A stretch of DNA of 64,000 nt, taken from positions 1,522 to 65,521 of the forward strand of contig DCIG01000013.1 of assembly GCA_002315855.1 (NCBI GenBank), read 5' to 3'. The notes beneath the pieces are model-generated. The model had not been told where the DNA came from, searched no databases, and worked only from the letters and a program-made list of their open reading frames with translations. Shown piece after piece: positions 9,923 through 19,114 of this stretch (its first letter is position 1; each line of letters starts with the position of its first letter). The position numbers and the translations under genes are program-made. The stretch is from Lentisphaeria bacterium UBA1732. Lineage in GTDB: Bacteria; Verrucomicrobiota; Lentisphaeria; Victivallales; UBA1829.

Positions 9923-9949
9923 GACTTTCAGGAGGTTCTGATTCGACGA

Positions 9950-12343
9950 TTACGGGCGAATCGTGATGGATTCTCCGGCTTTCGGGGCAGCTGAAATTTT
10001 CCATTCCTGTCCCTTGATACGGACACGGAACGGATTGCCGCTGCGGCTCAGAACAGTCGCCTCTTTCAGTTTGCCCTGCGCCCAGGACAGAGAAACCTCG
10101 AAACCGCCACGGGCTTTCAGACCGGACACGGAACCATCCGGCAGGGCATCCGGCAGGGCAGGAAGCAAGTCAAGCGTATAAATGCGCTGACTGTCTTTTT
10201 CTTCAAAATGCTGGCTTTGGAGAAGCATTTCCACAATGCCGTGCAATGCACCGAAGTTGCCGTCAATCTGGAAGGGAGGATGCGCGTCCAGCAGATTGCC
10301 GTACACACCTCCTCCGCCCATGACAATGCCTTCCTGATCGACCAGCACGAGCTGTTCGCGGAGGAGTTTGTACGCACGGTTGCCGTCCAGCAGACGTGCC
10401 CACAGGTCGATTTTCCATGCTTTCGACCAGCCGGTGCCTTCGTCGCCGCGATGATTCAGCACCACGCGGGCGCCATCGGCATTTTTCGTGTCGGTATAAG
10501 GGTCAATCTGGGAGCCGGGACCGAGTGCGAACAACTGCGAAATATGGCGGTGGGTGTCATTGGGATTATCCACATCGGGTCCCCATTCCTGAATCTGTCC
10601 ATAATGGCCAATGGCAATCGGACGAATCTTCGCGGCAACGTCTTTCAGCTTCGTCAGAAACTCCGCATCGGTGTCGCCCATGATTTTCGAGGCGTAAAGC
10701 GTGTCGCGGAAGACTTCGCGGATAATCGCCGATTCCATTTCACCGCCCCATGCAACCGAACCATTCTGGTTGTTGCTGCGGAAACCGTTTTCGGGGGAGG
10801 AGGATGGATTCATGGAGAGTTTTCCGTCAGGGCCTTCGACCAGAACAGACAGGAAGAAACGGCAGCAGTCTTTCATGGCGGAGTAAATCTCCGTCAGAAA
10901 GTCTTTGTCGCCGGAGTAGGCATAATGGTCGAAAAGCATCTGGCAGAACCAGCCGCCCGCGCTGAAGAACGGTCCCCAGGGGAGACTTCCGCCGGGAGCA
11001 GTCCAGCCCCACGCATTCGTGGTGTAGGCACAAGCCCAGCCGGGGGCGTTGAAATACTCTTTTGCGGTAATGCGTCCGGACGGAATCAGGGAAAGATTCA
11101 GCTTCATTGCCGGGATGAAGCATTCGGAAAGATTGGATGAATTGATTGCCCAATAGTTCATTTCATAGTTGATGTTGCTCTTGTAATCGCATTTCCACGG
11201 CATATCGTAACCATCCCCCCACACGCCCTGCGAATTTGAGGGAAGCGGGTTGTCTTCGCGGCTGGAGGAAATCATCAGGTAACGTCCGAACTGCGCGAAA
11301 AGAGCCGCGAATGCACCGTCTTCCGGATGATTGCGAAAACGTTTCAGGCGGTCTTTCGTGGTCATGGCGGCAATTTCGGGAGATTCTGTGCCAAGGCTGA
11401 GTCTCATGCGGTCGAACAGAGCACGATAGTCAGCAATATGGGCTTTTTTCGCTTCATCGTACTTCGCATCGCCGGAGGGCAGACGGGAGAGGACAGTCTT
11501 CTGCAAATCATCGGTATTGCGGTAATTCGCATCCCAGTCCAGTTTGTAGCTGGTATGAGCGGCAAGACTGAAAACGACATCCGTTGCGCCGGACACGGTA
11601 ATCGAGTCGCCTTCCGCTGAAATTTTCGCACCTTTGCCGCAATCCATGATTCTCAACGCCGCCGCATAATCGCAGTTGCCCTTGCGGTTATCGTAATCGG
11701 TATTTCCAGTCATGAGCAGGATATCCTGCCCCGAAGCAACGGTTTTGGCAGACCGAGAACGCTTCAAAGTGGCGCGGAACGACAAGGCACCGGGTTTCGA
11801 GGCAGACAAACGACCGAAAATCAGTTTCTGAGGATGCGAAGCGAAAAACTCGCGTTTGAACTCAACCTCACCTGCTTTGAAAATGACCGAAGCAAGCGCA
11901 GTCTCCAAATCAAGCTCGCGTTTGTAATCGGTGATTTGCGCATTGTCCGGCAAAATGAAGTCAAAATTCAAATCGCCAAGTGTCTGATAGGACGGGAAAT
12001 ACCCGCCGCGTTCCGTTAAATAACGGTTGACCAGATCATCGGCTTTGTGCCATTCTGATTTGCCGATGGCTTCGCGGATTTCGGGCAAATGCGTCCACGC
12101 ATCTTTTTTCCACGGGTCGTCTTTTCCGCCCGACCAGACGGTAATTTCATTCAGTTGAAGACGTTCATTTTTCGTGCCGCCGAAAATCATAGCCCCCATC
12201 CTGCCATTGCCAATGGGGTATGCTTCGCTCCAGATTGAAGTCGGAGCATTGTCGCGAATGACCAGGTCTGAAGCATCGGCAAATGCAAATGCGGCAAACA
12301 TCAGACCTGCACAAGCCAGCATTTGAAAGGAGAAAACTTTCAT
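9950..12343 (-). CDS. Glycoside hydrolase family 95 (alpha-L-fucosidase/galactosidase-like), secreted
   Basis: The N-terminus has the GH95 signature ([19 protein letters not shown]...[14 protein letters not shown]), preceded by a signal peptide. It is a paralogue of the ORF at 61329. Confidence 0.85.
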   Translation of the reverse strand: MKVFSFQMLACAGLMFAAFAFADASDLVIRDNAPTSIWSEAYPIGNGRMGAMIFGGTKNERLQLNEITVWSGGKDDPWKKDAWTHLPEIREAIGKSEWHKADDLVNRYLTERGGYFPSYQTLGDLNFDFILPDNAQITDYKRELDLETALASVIFKAGEVEFKREFFASHPQKLIFGRLSASKPGALSFRATLKRSRSAKTVASGQDILLMTGNTDYDNRKGNCDYAAALRIMDCGKGAKISAEGDSITVSGATDVVFSLAAHTSYKLDWDANYRNTDDLQKTVLSRLPSGDAKYDEAKKAHIADYRALFDRMRLSLGTESPEIAAMTTKDRLKRFRNHPEDGAFAALFAQFGRYLMISSSREDNPLPSNSQGVWGDGYDMPWKCDYKSNINYEMNYWAINSSNLSECFIPAMKLNLSLIPSGRITAKEYFNAPGWACAYTTNAWGWTAPGGSLPWGPFFSAGGWFCQMLFDHYAYSGDKDFLTEIYSAMKDCCRFFLSVLVEGPDGKLSMNPSSSPENGFRSNNQNGSVAWGGEMESAIIREVFRDTLYASKIMGDTDAEFLTKLKDVAAKIRPIAIGHYGQIQEWGPDVDNPNDTHRHISQLFALGPGSQIDPYTDTKNADGARVVLNHRGDEGTGWSKAWKIDLWARLLDGNRAYKLLREQLVLVDQEGIVMGGGGVYGNLLDAHPPFQIDGNFGALHGIVEMLLQSQHFEEKDSQRIYTLDLLPALPDALPDGSVSGLKARGGFEVSLSWAQGKLKEATVLSRSGNPFRVRIKGQEWKISAAPKAGESITIRP

Positions 12344-12355
12344 TTGATAAATCCT

Positions 12356-14293
12356 TTATTCGATTGGAGTAAAATGGAAAACAAAACCACCGCGTCCGAG
12401 CATGGAAGCCTTTATGACTTCTCCGGCTTTGGCTGTTCCTTTTGAAATTTCAAACGATGTGCGGTTTTCACCATCCCCGATTTTTTCGTAGGAAAACGAT
12501 TCACCGCGTCTGCCGGGAACTCTGAACTCAAAGTCGCGCTTGTCGTCTTTGCCGTTGATGCCGCCGACATACCAGTCTGTTCCCTTGCGGCGTCCCAGAA
12601 TGGCAGAATCGCCGGGTTCGCCGCCAAGATATTTCGTATCATCCCATGCGGTCGGCAAATGACGCAGGAACTGTTTCACCGGGTCCGGCAGGGAACGGAA
12701 TGAAGACGGACGGTCCGCCATGTGCTGCGCCGCAGACTCAAAAAGGACAGGCAGTGCCAGTTCATGAGCGTGAGAAGTGGTGTGCTTATGCTGGGAATCC
12801 GTAAACGCCGTGGGCGTATAATCCATGGAACCGACCACGTTGCGAATGAAAGGAAGCGTAGTATTGTGCGATGCGCCGTTTTCGGTCATGTAACCATGAT
12901 TATTGTACATTTCCGCGCCGTACACAGCCTCCATGGACATCAGATTCGGCCAGGTGCGCGCCCAGCCGCGCGGCAGAGTGCATCCGTGGAAATCAACAAG
13001 GACTTTATGCGCGGCGGCGTCTTTCAGAATGTCGATGTAATACTGCATCATATCCTGCTTGTCTCCGCCGAAGAAATCGATTTTCACCCCTTTCACGCCT
13101 TTGGAGTTCAGCCATGCAAATTCTTTTTCGCGGGCTTCATGCGTGATGAAACGATCGCGCGGACCGCCCATGACACCGGTATGATTCCCGCCGGAATTGT
13201 ACCACAGCCACACGCCGACATTCTTTTCTTTCGCATACGCCAAAGCATCGTCGATGTTTCCGCCATTGCCCATGACATCCCATTCCCAGTCAATCAGGAC
13301 ATTCGGCCATCCCATATCGGCAGCAAGGTCGATGTAGTCTTTAACGACCTTGAAATCACGGCTTCCATTGTTGTATGCCCAGTAAACCCATGCCGCCATG
13401 CCCGGCTGAATCCATGAGACATCGTCAATCGCGCATTCCGGAGCCAAATCATCCACGAGGGTGGATTCGACGACATCCGCCAGAGTACCGATGACAGCAC
13501 ACCGCCACGGAGACTTCCACGGCAGAACCGTTACAGGATTGACAGCACCGTGCCCGTTGCTTTCGCCTCGGTCGGGATAAATCGTGTGGAAAATACCTTT
13601 TTCACCCTCCACCGTGCGCAGGAGACATCCGCAGTAAGTCCCATCGAAGCCCGTTTCCGTAACAAGTCCCCAGATGTTTTTATCCGCAGAATGGAAGAAA
13701 ACGGGATATTCCTTGGTATTGCCACCCAAATCAGAGCTGCCGTATTCATGATAGATTTCTTCATAGCCGAGTTCACGCTTCTGAACACGGAAACGGTCGG
13801 TCTCCCGGAAAATATATGCCGTGTTTTCTCCCTGAAATTCGATTTTTTCATTCAGGGTGCCATTGATTTCATAACGAAACGCAAATGAATCGCGTCCAGC
13901 CCGAACTGACACACTGATTTGCTTCCCCTGTTCTCCGGAAAATACAAGAGTCCGTTCGTTCATATTCAGCCCGCACGCAGAACGCTTTCCGCTGACGGCC
14001 TTGTAACTGTCCACGACATGGCGAACAGAGCCGCTTGATGACAGTGTGAGCTTCGAAAAATCATAGTCCGCCAAGCTGGATTTCAGTCCAAGTTTCACAC
14101 GGAAAACTTCTTCACCGCTGCGTTTTACGAGCAGTGTATTGCCTTGATCCAGAAACACGCGAATCGTTCCCGGAACATCAGGCGATGTAACAATGTGCTC
14201 CGCGGAAAAAACAAAACCGGACACAACAGTGAATACAATACAGGCAAAAAGCCGTTTTGAAAAAAGATGATTCATCATCGTTGAATTTCCCAT
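12356..14293 (-). CDS. Glycoside hydrolase family 97 (alpha-glucosidase/alpha-galactosidase-like), secreted
   Basis: The core KGVKIDFFGGDKQDMMQYYIDILKDAAAHKVLVDFHGCTLPRGWARTWPNLMSMEAVYGAE resembles the SusB-type GH97 catalytic barrel. An N-terminal signal/anchor is present. Confidence 0.75.
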   Translation of the reverse strand: MGNSTMMNHLFSKRLFACIVFTVVSGFVFSAEHIVTSPDVPGTIRVFLDQGNTLLVKRSGEEVFRVKLGLKSSLADYDFSKLTLSSSGSVRHVVDSYKAVSGKRSACGLNMNERTLVFSGEQGKQISVSVRAGRDSFAFRYEINGTLNEKIEFQGENTAYIFRETDRFRVQKRELGYEEIYHEYGSSDLGGNTKEYPVFFHSADKNIWGLVTETGFDGTYCGCLLRTVEGEKGIFHTIYPDRGESNGHGAVNPVTVLPWKSPWRCAVIGTLADVVESTLVDDLAPECAIDDVSWIQPGMAAWVYWAYNNGSRDFKVVKDYIDLAADMGWPNVLIDWEWDVMGNGGNIDDALAYAKEKNVGVWLWYNSGGNHTGVMGGPRDRFITHEAREKEFAWLNSKGVKGVKIDFFGGDKQDMMQYYIDILKDAAAHKVLVDFHGCTLPRGWARTWPNLMSMEAVYGAEMYNNHGYMTENGASHNTTLPFIRNVVGSMDYTPTAFTDSQHKHTTSHAHELALPVLFESAAQHMADRPSSFRSLPDPVKQFLRHLPTAWDDTKYLGGEPGDSAILGRRKGTDWYVGGINGKDDKRDFEFRVPGRRGESFSYEKIGDGENRTSFEISKGTAKAGEVIKASMLGRGGFVFHFTPIE

Positions 14294-14329
14294 GTTTTAA
14301 TTGCTTTCTTACGTAAAGCTGAAGATGAT

Positions 14330-14490
14330 TTCAAAGTTCCCGTCCGGACTTTGGAACTAACTCTAAATATAGCTTTATTTTCAGGTTTTTCAAGGAAACA
14401 CAAACGGTTATTTTTTTGTTAAATCAAGGTTTCTGACGACAACAGCATCGAAAGCACTTTTTTGCGGATTCCGACTTTTGAAATCAGCTC
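14330..14490 (+). repeat. Divergent third copy of the conserved intergenic element (see 50214 and 56000)
   Basis: It starts TTCAAAGTTCC and ends GACAAC...ATTCCGAC-TTTTGAAATCAGCTC. Its length (161 nt) matches copies A and B, but the central part is not conserved. Confidence 0.35.
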
Positions 14491-14812
14491 AAGAATCATA
14501 TCGGACGGACGTTTGGAAATGATGTAAAAATGATTTCACGTAAAGTGAAAGAGTACAGGATGATTTTTTCATCCATTCTTTTGAATTATTTATCCATTTA
14601 TTATTTTATCTTGATGCGTTACATTAATATAGAGAGGATACCTCTATGGATTCGGAATATAAAGTATTTTTTATGGATGTACAAAACCGGACTTTGTACA
14701 GACAAATAAAGACAGGATTCCCAATTAACAGAGGTTCTCTGAAGTCAAAAAAGCTTTCAAAACATTTTCTCCAAAACATTTACCGTTCATCTTTATTCAC
14801 AATGAGGCAGCC

Positions 14813-15784
14813 ATGAAAACGAATCATCTTTCCCATGAAAAAGAAGTCCGATCAAGAATCACACGCTATACTCTGGTCGAATTACTTGTTGTGATTTCCG
14901 TCATTGCAATTCTTGCATCGCTTTTAGTGCCGATTCTTGCCGGTGCCAGAAGATCTGCAAGGCTTGCACAGTGTACCGCCAACGGCAAACAGTTCGGTCA
15001 GCTGAATATGGTGTATACCCAAGGAAACGACGGCTACGAAGTGCCGATTATCAATGAATCCCATCTTTCCGTGTGGCAGCCGCTTCTGTGGAATCAGTCG
15101 GCAGTCAATGCTCAAATGCCTGTGCCGACCGGAACCGATGTTGAAGGCGGCACAAAAGCTCCATGGGTACAGGCAGTCAAAAGCTCCAATATTTTCCTCT
15201 GCCCCGCAGATGATGATGCTGTTTCCGCGCAGCCCAAACTCGCCGGAAAAAGCTCGGATGCAGACCTCTTCCCGAAAACATCCTACGCATTCAATGCGAC
15301 AATCGTTGATGATGACGGTATTACAGGATCTCGTACCACTTGGAATAATGTCAAAAACAGACTGACTCACTTTGACAGACCGTCGATGATGATTCTCGTA
15401 ACAGATACAGCAATGCTGACCAAAGAACGCCCCAAAGACGGTTATCTTTTCAGCAATGAAAAAGTATTGGACGATCTGAGACCCGGCAGTATCATCAACC
15501 CGTGGGACCAGTGCTGCCTGCATCATGTTCCTAATGGTTCTGAATCGGATTATAATTTATCAAAACCCGATAAAAAGAAAATGACACCGCCATGGCATAC
15601 AGGAAAAACAATGAACTACACGTTCCTGGACGGACATGTTTCCAACTGGCAGCCCATGAAAACCATTATGGTCCGCAAATCCGGCAGCTATGACACCAAC
15701 CACGAAATCCGCGATGATGCAACGGTCTCTTATAAACGCGGAACATCTTACGGCATGTGGATCAACAGCATGAAGACACCCTGA
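14813..15784 (+). CDS. Prepilin-type N-terminal cleavage/methylation domain protein, HX9DG family
   Basis: The N-terminal YTLVELLVVISVIAILASLLVP pseudopilin motif is present, with a C-terminal H-x10-DGH motif (HTGKTMNYTFLDGH). Confidence 0.85.
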   Translation: MKTNHLSHEKEVRSRITRYTLVELLVVISVIAILASLLVPILAGARRSARLAQCTANGKQFGQLNMVYTQGNDGYEVPIINESHLSVWQPLLWNQSAVNAQMPVPTGTDVEGGTKAPWVQAVKSSNIFLCPADDDAVSAQPKLAGKSSDADLFPKTSYAFNATIVDDDGITGSRTTWNNVKNRLTHFDRPSMMILVTDTAMLTKERPKDGYLFSNEKVLDDLRPGSIINPWDQCCLHHVPNGSESDYNLSKPDKKKMTPPWHTGKTMNYTFLDGHVSNWQPMKTIMVRKSGSYDTNHEIRDDATVSYKRGTSYGMWINSMKTP

Positions 15785-15850
15785 TTAAATTGCGTCAAAA
15801 GATGTTTTGATTCATTCCTGATAAAAAATTTCGGATATACGAAAGACCGT

Positions 15851-16402
15851 ATGAAAATACTTTTCTTCTCTGACGTTCACGGGTCGCCGGAATGTTTCGA
15901 TCTGCTGACCGAACGTATTGCCGAATTTCAGCCGGATTTGCTGGCCCTGCTGGGCGATGTACTGTATCACGGTCCCCGCAATCCGCTGTATGATACCTAT
16001 GCGCCGGCAAATCTGGTGGACAAAATCAACGCGTACCGCGACAAAATCGCAGCAGTGCGCGGAAATTGCGACTGCGAAGTCGATCAAATGCTTCTGAAAT
16101 TCCCCATGATGGCGGATTTCACGCAGATTTTCGATGGGACACAGCGTTTCTTCCTGACACACGGGCATTTATGGTTTGAGCGCAATCTGCCCCCGGTTCC
16201 GGCAGGAACGATTCTTGCGCACGGACATACGCATATCCCCGAAATCAAAACACTGGACAACGGAATCACCGTCTTCAATCCCGGTTCCACGACATTGCCG
16301 AAACGCGGCAATCCCAATTCCTACGGCACGTGGGATAACGGAGTGCTGTCCGTCCGTCTTCTGGACGATGGACAGGTCTTCATGCAGGAAAAAACAGGGT
16401 AG
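15851..16402 (+). CDS. yfcE: YfcE-family metallophosphoesterase
   Basis: Collinear with E. coli YfcE: SDVHGS, LGDVLYHGPRNPL, RGNCDCEVDQMLL, LTHGH, HGHTH. Confidence 0.85.
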   Translation: MKILFFSDVHGSPECFDLLTERIAEFQPDLLALLGDVLYHGPRNPLYDTYAPANLVDKINAYRDKIAAVRGNCDCEVDQMLLKFPMMADFTQIFDGTQRFFLTHGHLWFERNLPPVPAGTILAHGHTHIPEIKTLDNGITVFNPGSTTLPKRGNPNSYGTWDNGVLSVRLLDDGQVFMQEKTG

Positions 16403-16427
16403 ATTTTCTGTTTTTTTCCCAAGGATA

Positions 16428-16468
16428 CGGCTTCTCCGCTTTTCAAAAACGGGGAAGCTGTTTTCTTG
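16428..16468 (+). terminator. Rho-independent terminator after yfcE
   Basis: Stem cggcttctccg/cggggaagctg (two G-U pairs) with an 11-nt loop, followed by TTTTCTTG. Confidence 0.6.
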
Positions 16469-16502
16469 TCTGAGGACTTTTCCCACCATCAGGGAAACGA
16501 AA

Positions 16503-17723
16503 TCATCTTTGCTGATTCAGCAGCTCCAGCGTATTCTCGACGCCGGGGAAATCGCGGAACATCAATCCATGTGTCTGGAAATACGGGCTGGATTCCAAAC
16601 GGTCTTTCAGAATATTGTCTTTTTTCAGGACACTGCGGTCAACGGCAAGCAGCAACCCCGTCTGCGGGTTTGCTTCGCACCACGTAAGCCGCTGTTCGAT
16701 TTGCGCAAAATACCAGCGGTGAAAAACTTCCATCGGGACACGCTGACCTTGATTCGAGGTGAAAACAAAATCAGGGAAAAACATCTGCTGTCCGCCGGCG
16801 GAAATCCAGTCCGGAGTATCGTCCAGCGTCCAGTCGCTCACTTTTTTGCGGAACAGCTCAGCAAACATGCGGACTTCTTCCGGCTGATAGGCGGAAATAT
16901 GGGTGTAATGGCTTCGCAAGCCGGTGGACTGATCCACTTTCAGTTTGCGTTTTTTCGCATTCCAATCCACCGTGCAGGACATTTCCCACTCGCTCAGCTG
17001 GCATACGGCGGGGAAGAACGAGGCAAGCTGCAAGCCGTATTTCACGGAATGCTCCAGAATACTGCCCGGTCCGTCAATCGTCAGCGTGATGCGTTTTTTT
17101 GCGAGGTCATGTTCAGCACGGAACAGGAGTCGGAAAAACTTCATATAACGAAAAAGCCGCCTCATCGCCGCCGGTTCCTGATTTTCGGAAAGCACCAAGG
17201 TCATACTGTCGGCATACAGCAGAAGCGATTGAACGAGTGATACATTATAGCGTTCCAGAAGCTCGCGGTCAAACGTTTTCTTAAATGAGCGCAGACGCTC
17301 ATTTTCGGGCAAATCGCAGAATACGCCGTCTGAAAGCGGGCGGATGTCGTCGGAAGTCTCCGCAAAAATACGCTCACGGACCTGCTCAATCTCTTCGGGC
17401 AGACATTTACGGCGAATCATTTCTGCACTGTGGCGGAACAAGGCGGCACGTGCCTGCGGATAATCACAATCCGCCACTGGCATAAATTCTGCTCTGTCCT
17501 GAATCAGTTTCAGCAGGCCATCGGCTAATTTCCGGTCATAAAAAACGGTGGTGCAAGCCTCTGCCGCCTCCTCAAGTTCAGCACGCGTACATCCTTCGCC
17601 CTCGCGGTAAAGCTGAAGCAGGTCATGAGCAATGGAAATCAGTGTTTCATCGGCGCAGTCGATAAACATAGGTTTCAGAGAGGTCGCGGCGGCACGGACA
17701 CGTATCAGATCTTTGGTCAGCAT
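16503..17723 (-). CDS. DUF790/Bax1-like endonuclease (XPB-associated)
   Basis: The size and the C-terminal PD-(D/E)xK-like motif (FFPDFVF...VPMEVFHRWY) fit the family. It overlaps the upstream helicase gene by 7 nt. Confidence 0.7.
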   Translation of the reverse strand: MLTKDLIRVRAAATSLKPMFIDCADETLISIAHDLLQLYREGEGCTRAELEEAAEACTTVFYDRKLADGLLKLIQDRAEFMPVADCDYPQARAALFRHSAEMIRRKCLPEEIEQVRERIFAETSDDIRPLSDGVFCDLPENERLRSFKKTFDRELLERYNVSLVQSLLLYADSMTLVLSENQEPAAMRRLFRYMKFFRLLFRAEHDLAKKRITLTIDGPGSILEHSVKYGLQLASFFPAVCQLSEWEMSCTVDWNAKKRKLKVDQSTGLRSHYTHISAYQPEEVRMFAELFRKKVSDWTLDDTPDWISAGGQQMFFPDFVFTSNQGQRVPMEVFHRWYFAQIEQRLTWCEANPQTGLLLAVDRSVLKKDNILKDRLESSPYFQTHGLMFRDFPGVENTLELLNQQR

Positions 17724-19108
17724 GAATACCCCCCATGCGCGGTGTATGCGTCATCTTTGCGGCGGCGTTCACTCACATTCATTTCGCTGGTGCCTTCGCT
17801 GACAAGCTCATACAGGACGGCTTCTTTGCCCTCCGCACGGCGCAGGATGCGTCCCAGCCGCTGAACATGCTCGCGTGTGCACCCGCTGCCGGACACCACA
17901 ATCCCGATATTGGCTTCCGGCACATCCACGCCCTCATTCAGGACTTTGCTCGTAATCAAAACGGGGTACAATCCACTTCGGAAACAATCGAGGAAATCTT
18001 TGCGTTCCGCGGCTTTTGTCTTGTGCGTCAGAACCGGAAGGCACAGGGTTTCGCCCAGCCGGTAAGCCGTATCGTTATCGGCGGTAAAAACGATGATTCG
18101 AGCATCGGGATTGGCACGGATAATGCGCCAGACCTCGCGGAGTTTTGCAGAGCCGCACCGGGCAATCGCACGCTGTTTCAGGTACGCCCGATAGACATCG
18201 CGTCCATTGGGACGGCGGATACACGCCAGCAGAAAATCCTGCCAGCCATGCTCACTTTGAAACGAAATGGCATTTGCACGGAGAAAAGACACATACTGAT
18301 CGTGATTGACTTTGTATTCCGCCCGTTCTTCGGGAGTAAGCCCCAGTTTCACACGCACGGTGCGATAGGGCGACAGAACGCTGTCTTTCAAATCACGAAT
18401 CCCCGCATGATACACCAGTTCACCGATTAAATCTTTCATTACGCCGAATGTCTCGCCCGTATCCGGCGTGGCGGAAATACCGAGGCGGTACGGTGCCAGA
18501 CACAAAGAGGCACTCAATCGATTCACTTCGCCGGGCAGATGATGGCATTCATCGAACACAATAAGACCGAAACGGTTCCCGATGGACGGCATTTTCAATA
18601 CAGCGGAATCATAGGTACTGACCGTAATTTCCTGTATATCGGAACAGCCTCCCCCCAGCATACCGGCTTTGCAGCCGAAATTGCGTTCCACGAGGCTTGC
18701 CCACTGCTGAAGCAGATCAATGGTGGGGACGACAATCAACGTGGAACGCTTCACCGCGGCGATTGCCAGAAATGCGAAAAAAGTTTTGCCGCTTCCGGTG
18801 GGCATTGCCACAATCCCGCGGCATTTGGACGAAAGCCAGGCCGTCAATGCGGCTTTCTGGTGCGGCATGGGCTGAAACGAAGACAGCAAAGGATGTTCAA
18901 AAAGAGTATAGGCTCGCGCCTGATCATCCGGAATATGTTTTGCGGCATAGAGTTTCCGCATGATTGTCTCATAACGGCAGGCGGCGGCACGCCACGCATT
19001 CACACGCTGGTCAAAAATGACGAGGTCGCCCAAAGTCTTGATTACGGCGTCATCGCCATCCAGCAGTAAAGTCCCCTCATGAAACCTGATTCGGCAGCTC
19101 ATCCGCAC
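17717..19108 (-). CDS. XPB/ERCC3-like superfamily-2 DNA helicase
   Basis: Motif I AMPTGSGKT, motif II VFDECHH, motif III ISATP, motifs V/VI LNEGVDVPEANIGIV...QRLGRILR. An N-terminal domain of about 70 aa precedes the core. Confidence 0.8.
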   Translation of the reverse strand: MRMSCRIRFHEGTLLLDGDDAVIKTLGDLVIFDQRVNAWRAAACRYETIMRKLYAAKHIPDDQARAYTLFEHPLLSSFQPMPHQKAALTAWLSSKCRGIVAMPTGSGKTFFAFLAIAAVKRSTLIVVPTIDLLQQWASLVERNFGCKAGMLGGGCSDIQEITVSTYDSAVLKMPSIGNRFGLIVFDECHHLPGEVNRLSASLCLAPYRLGISATPDTGETFGVMKDLIGELVYHAGIRDLKDSVLSPYRTVRVKLGLTPEERAEYKVNHDQYVSFLRANAISFQSEHGWQDFLLACIRRPNGRDVYRAYLKQRAIARCGSAKLREVWRIIRANPDARIIVFTADNDTAYRLGETLCLPVLTHKTKAAERKDFLDCFRSGLYPVLITSKVLNEGVDVPEANIGIVVSGSGCTREHVQRLGRILRRAEGKEAVLYELVSEGTSEMNVSERRRKDDAYTAHGGYSC

Positions 19109-19114
19109 CCCGCT

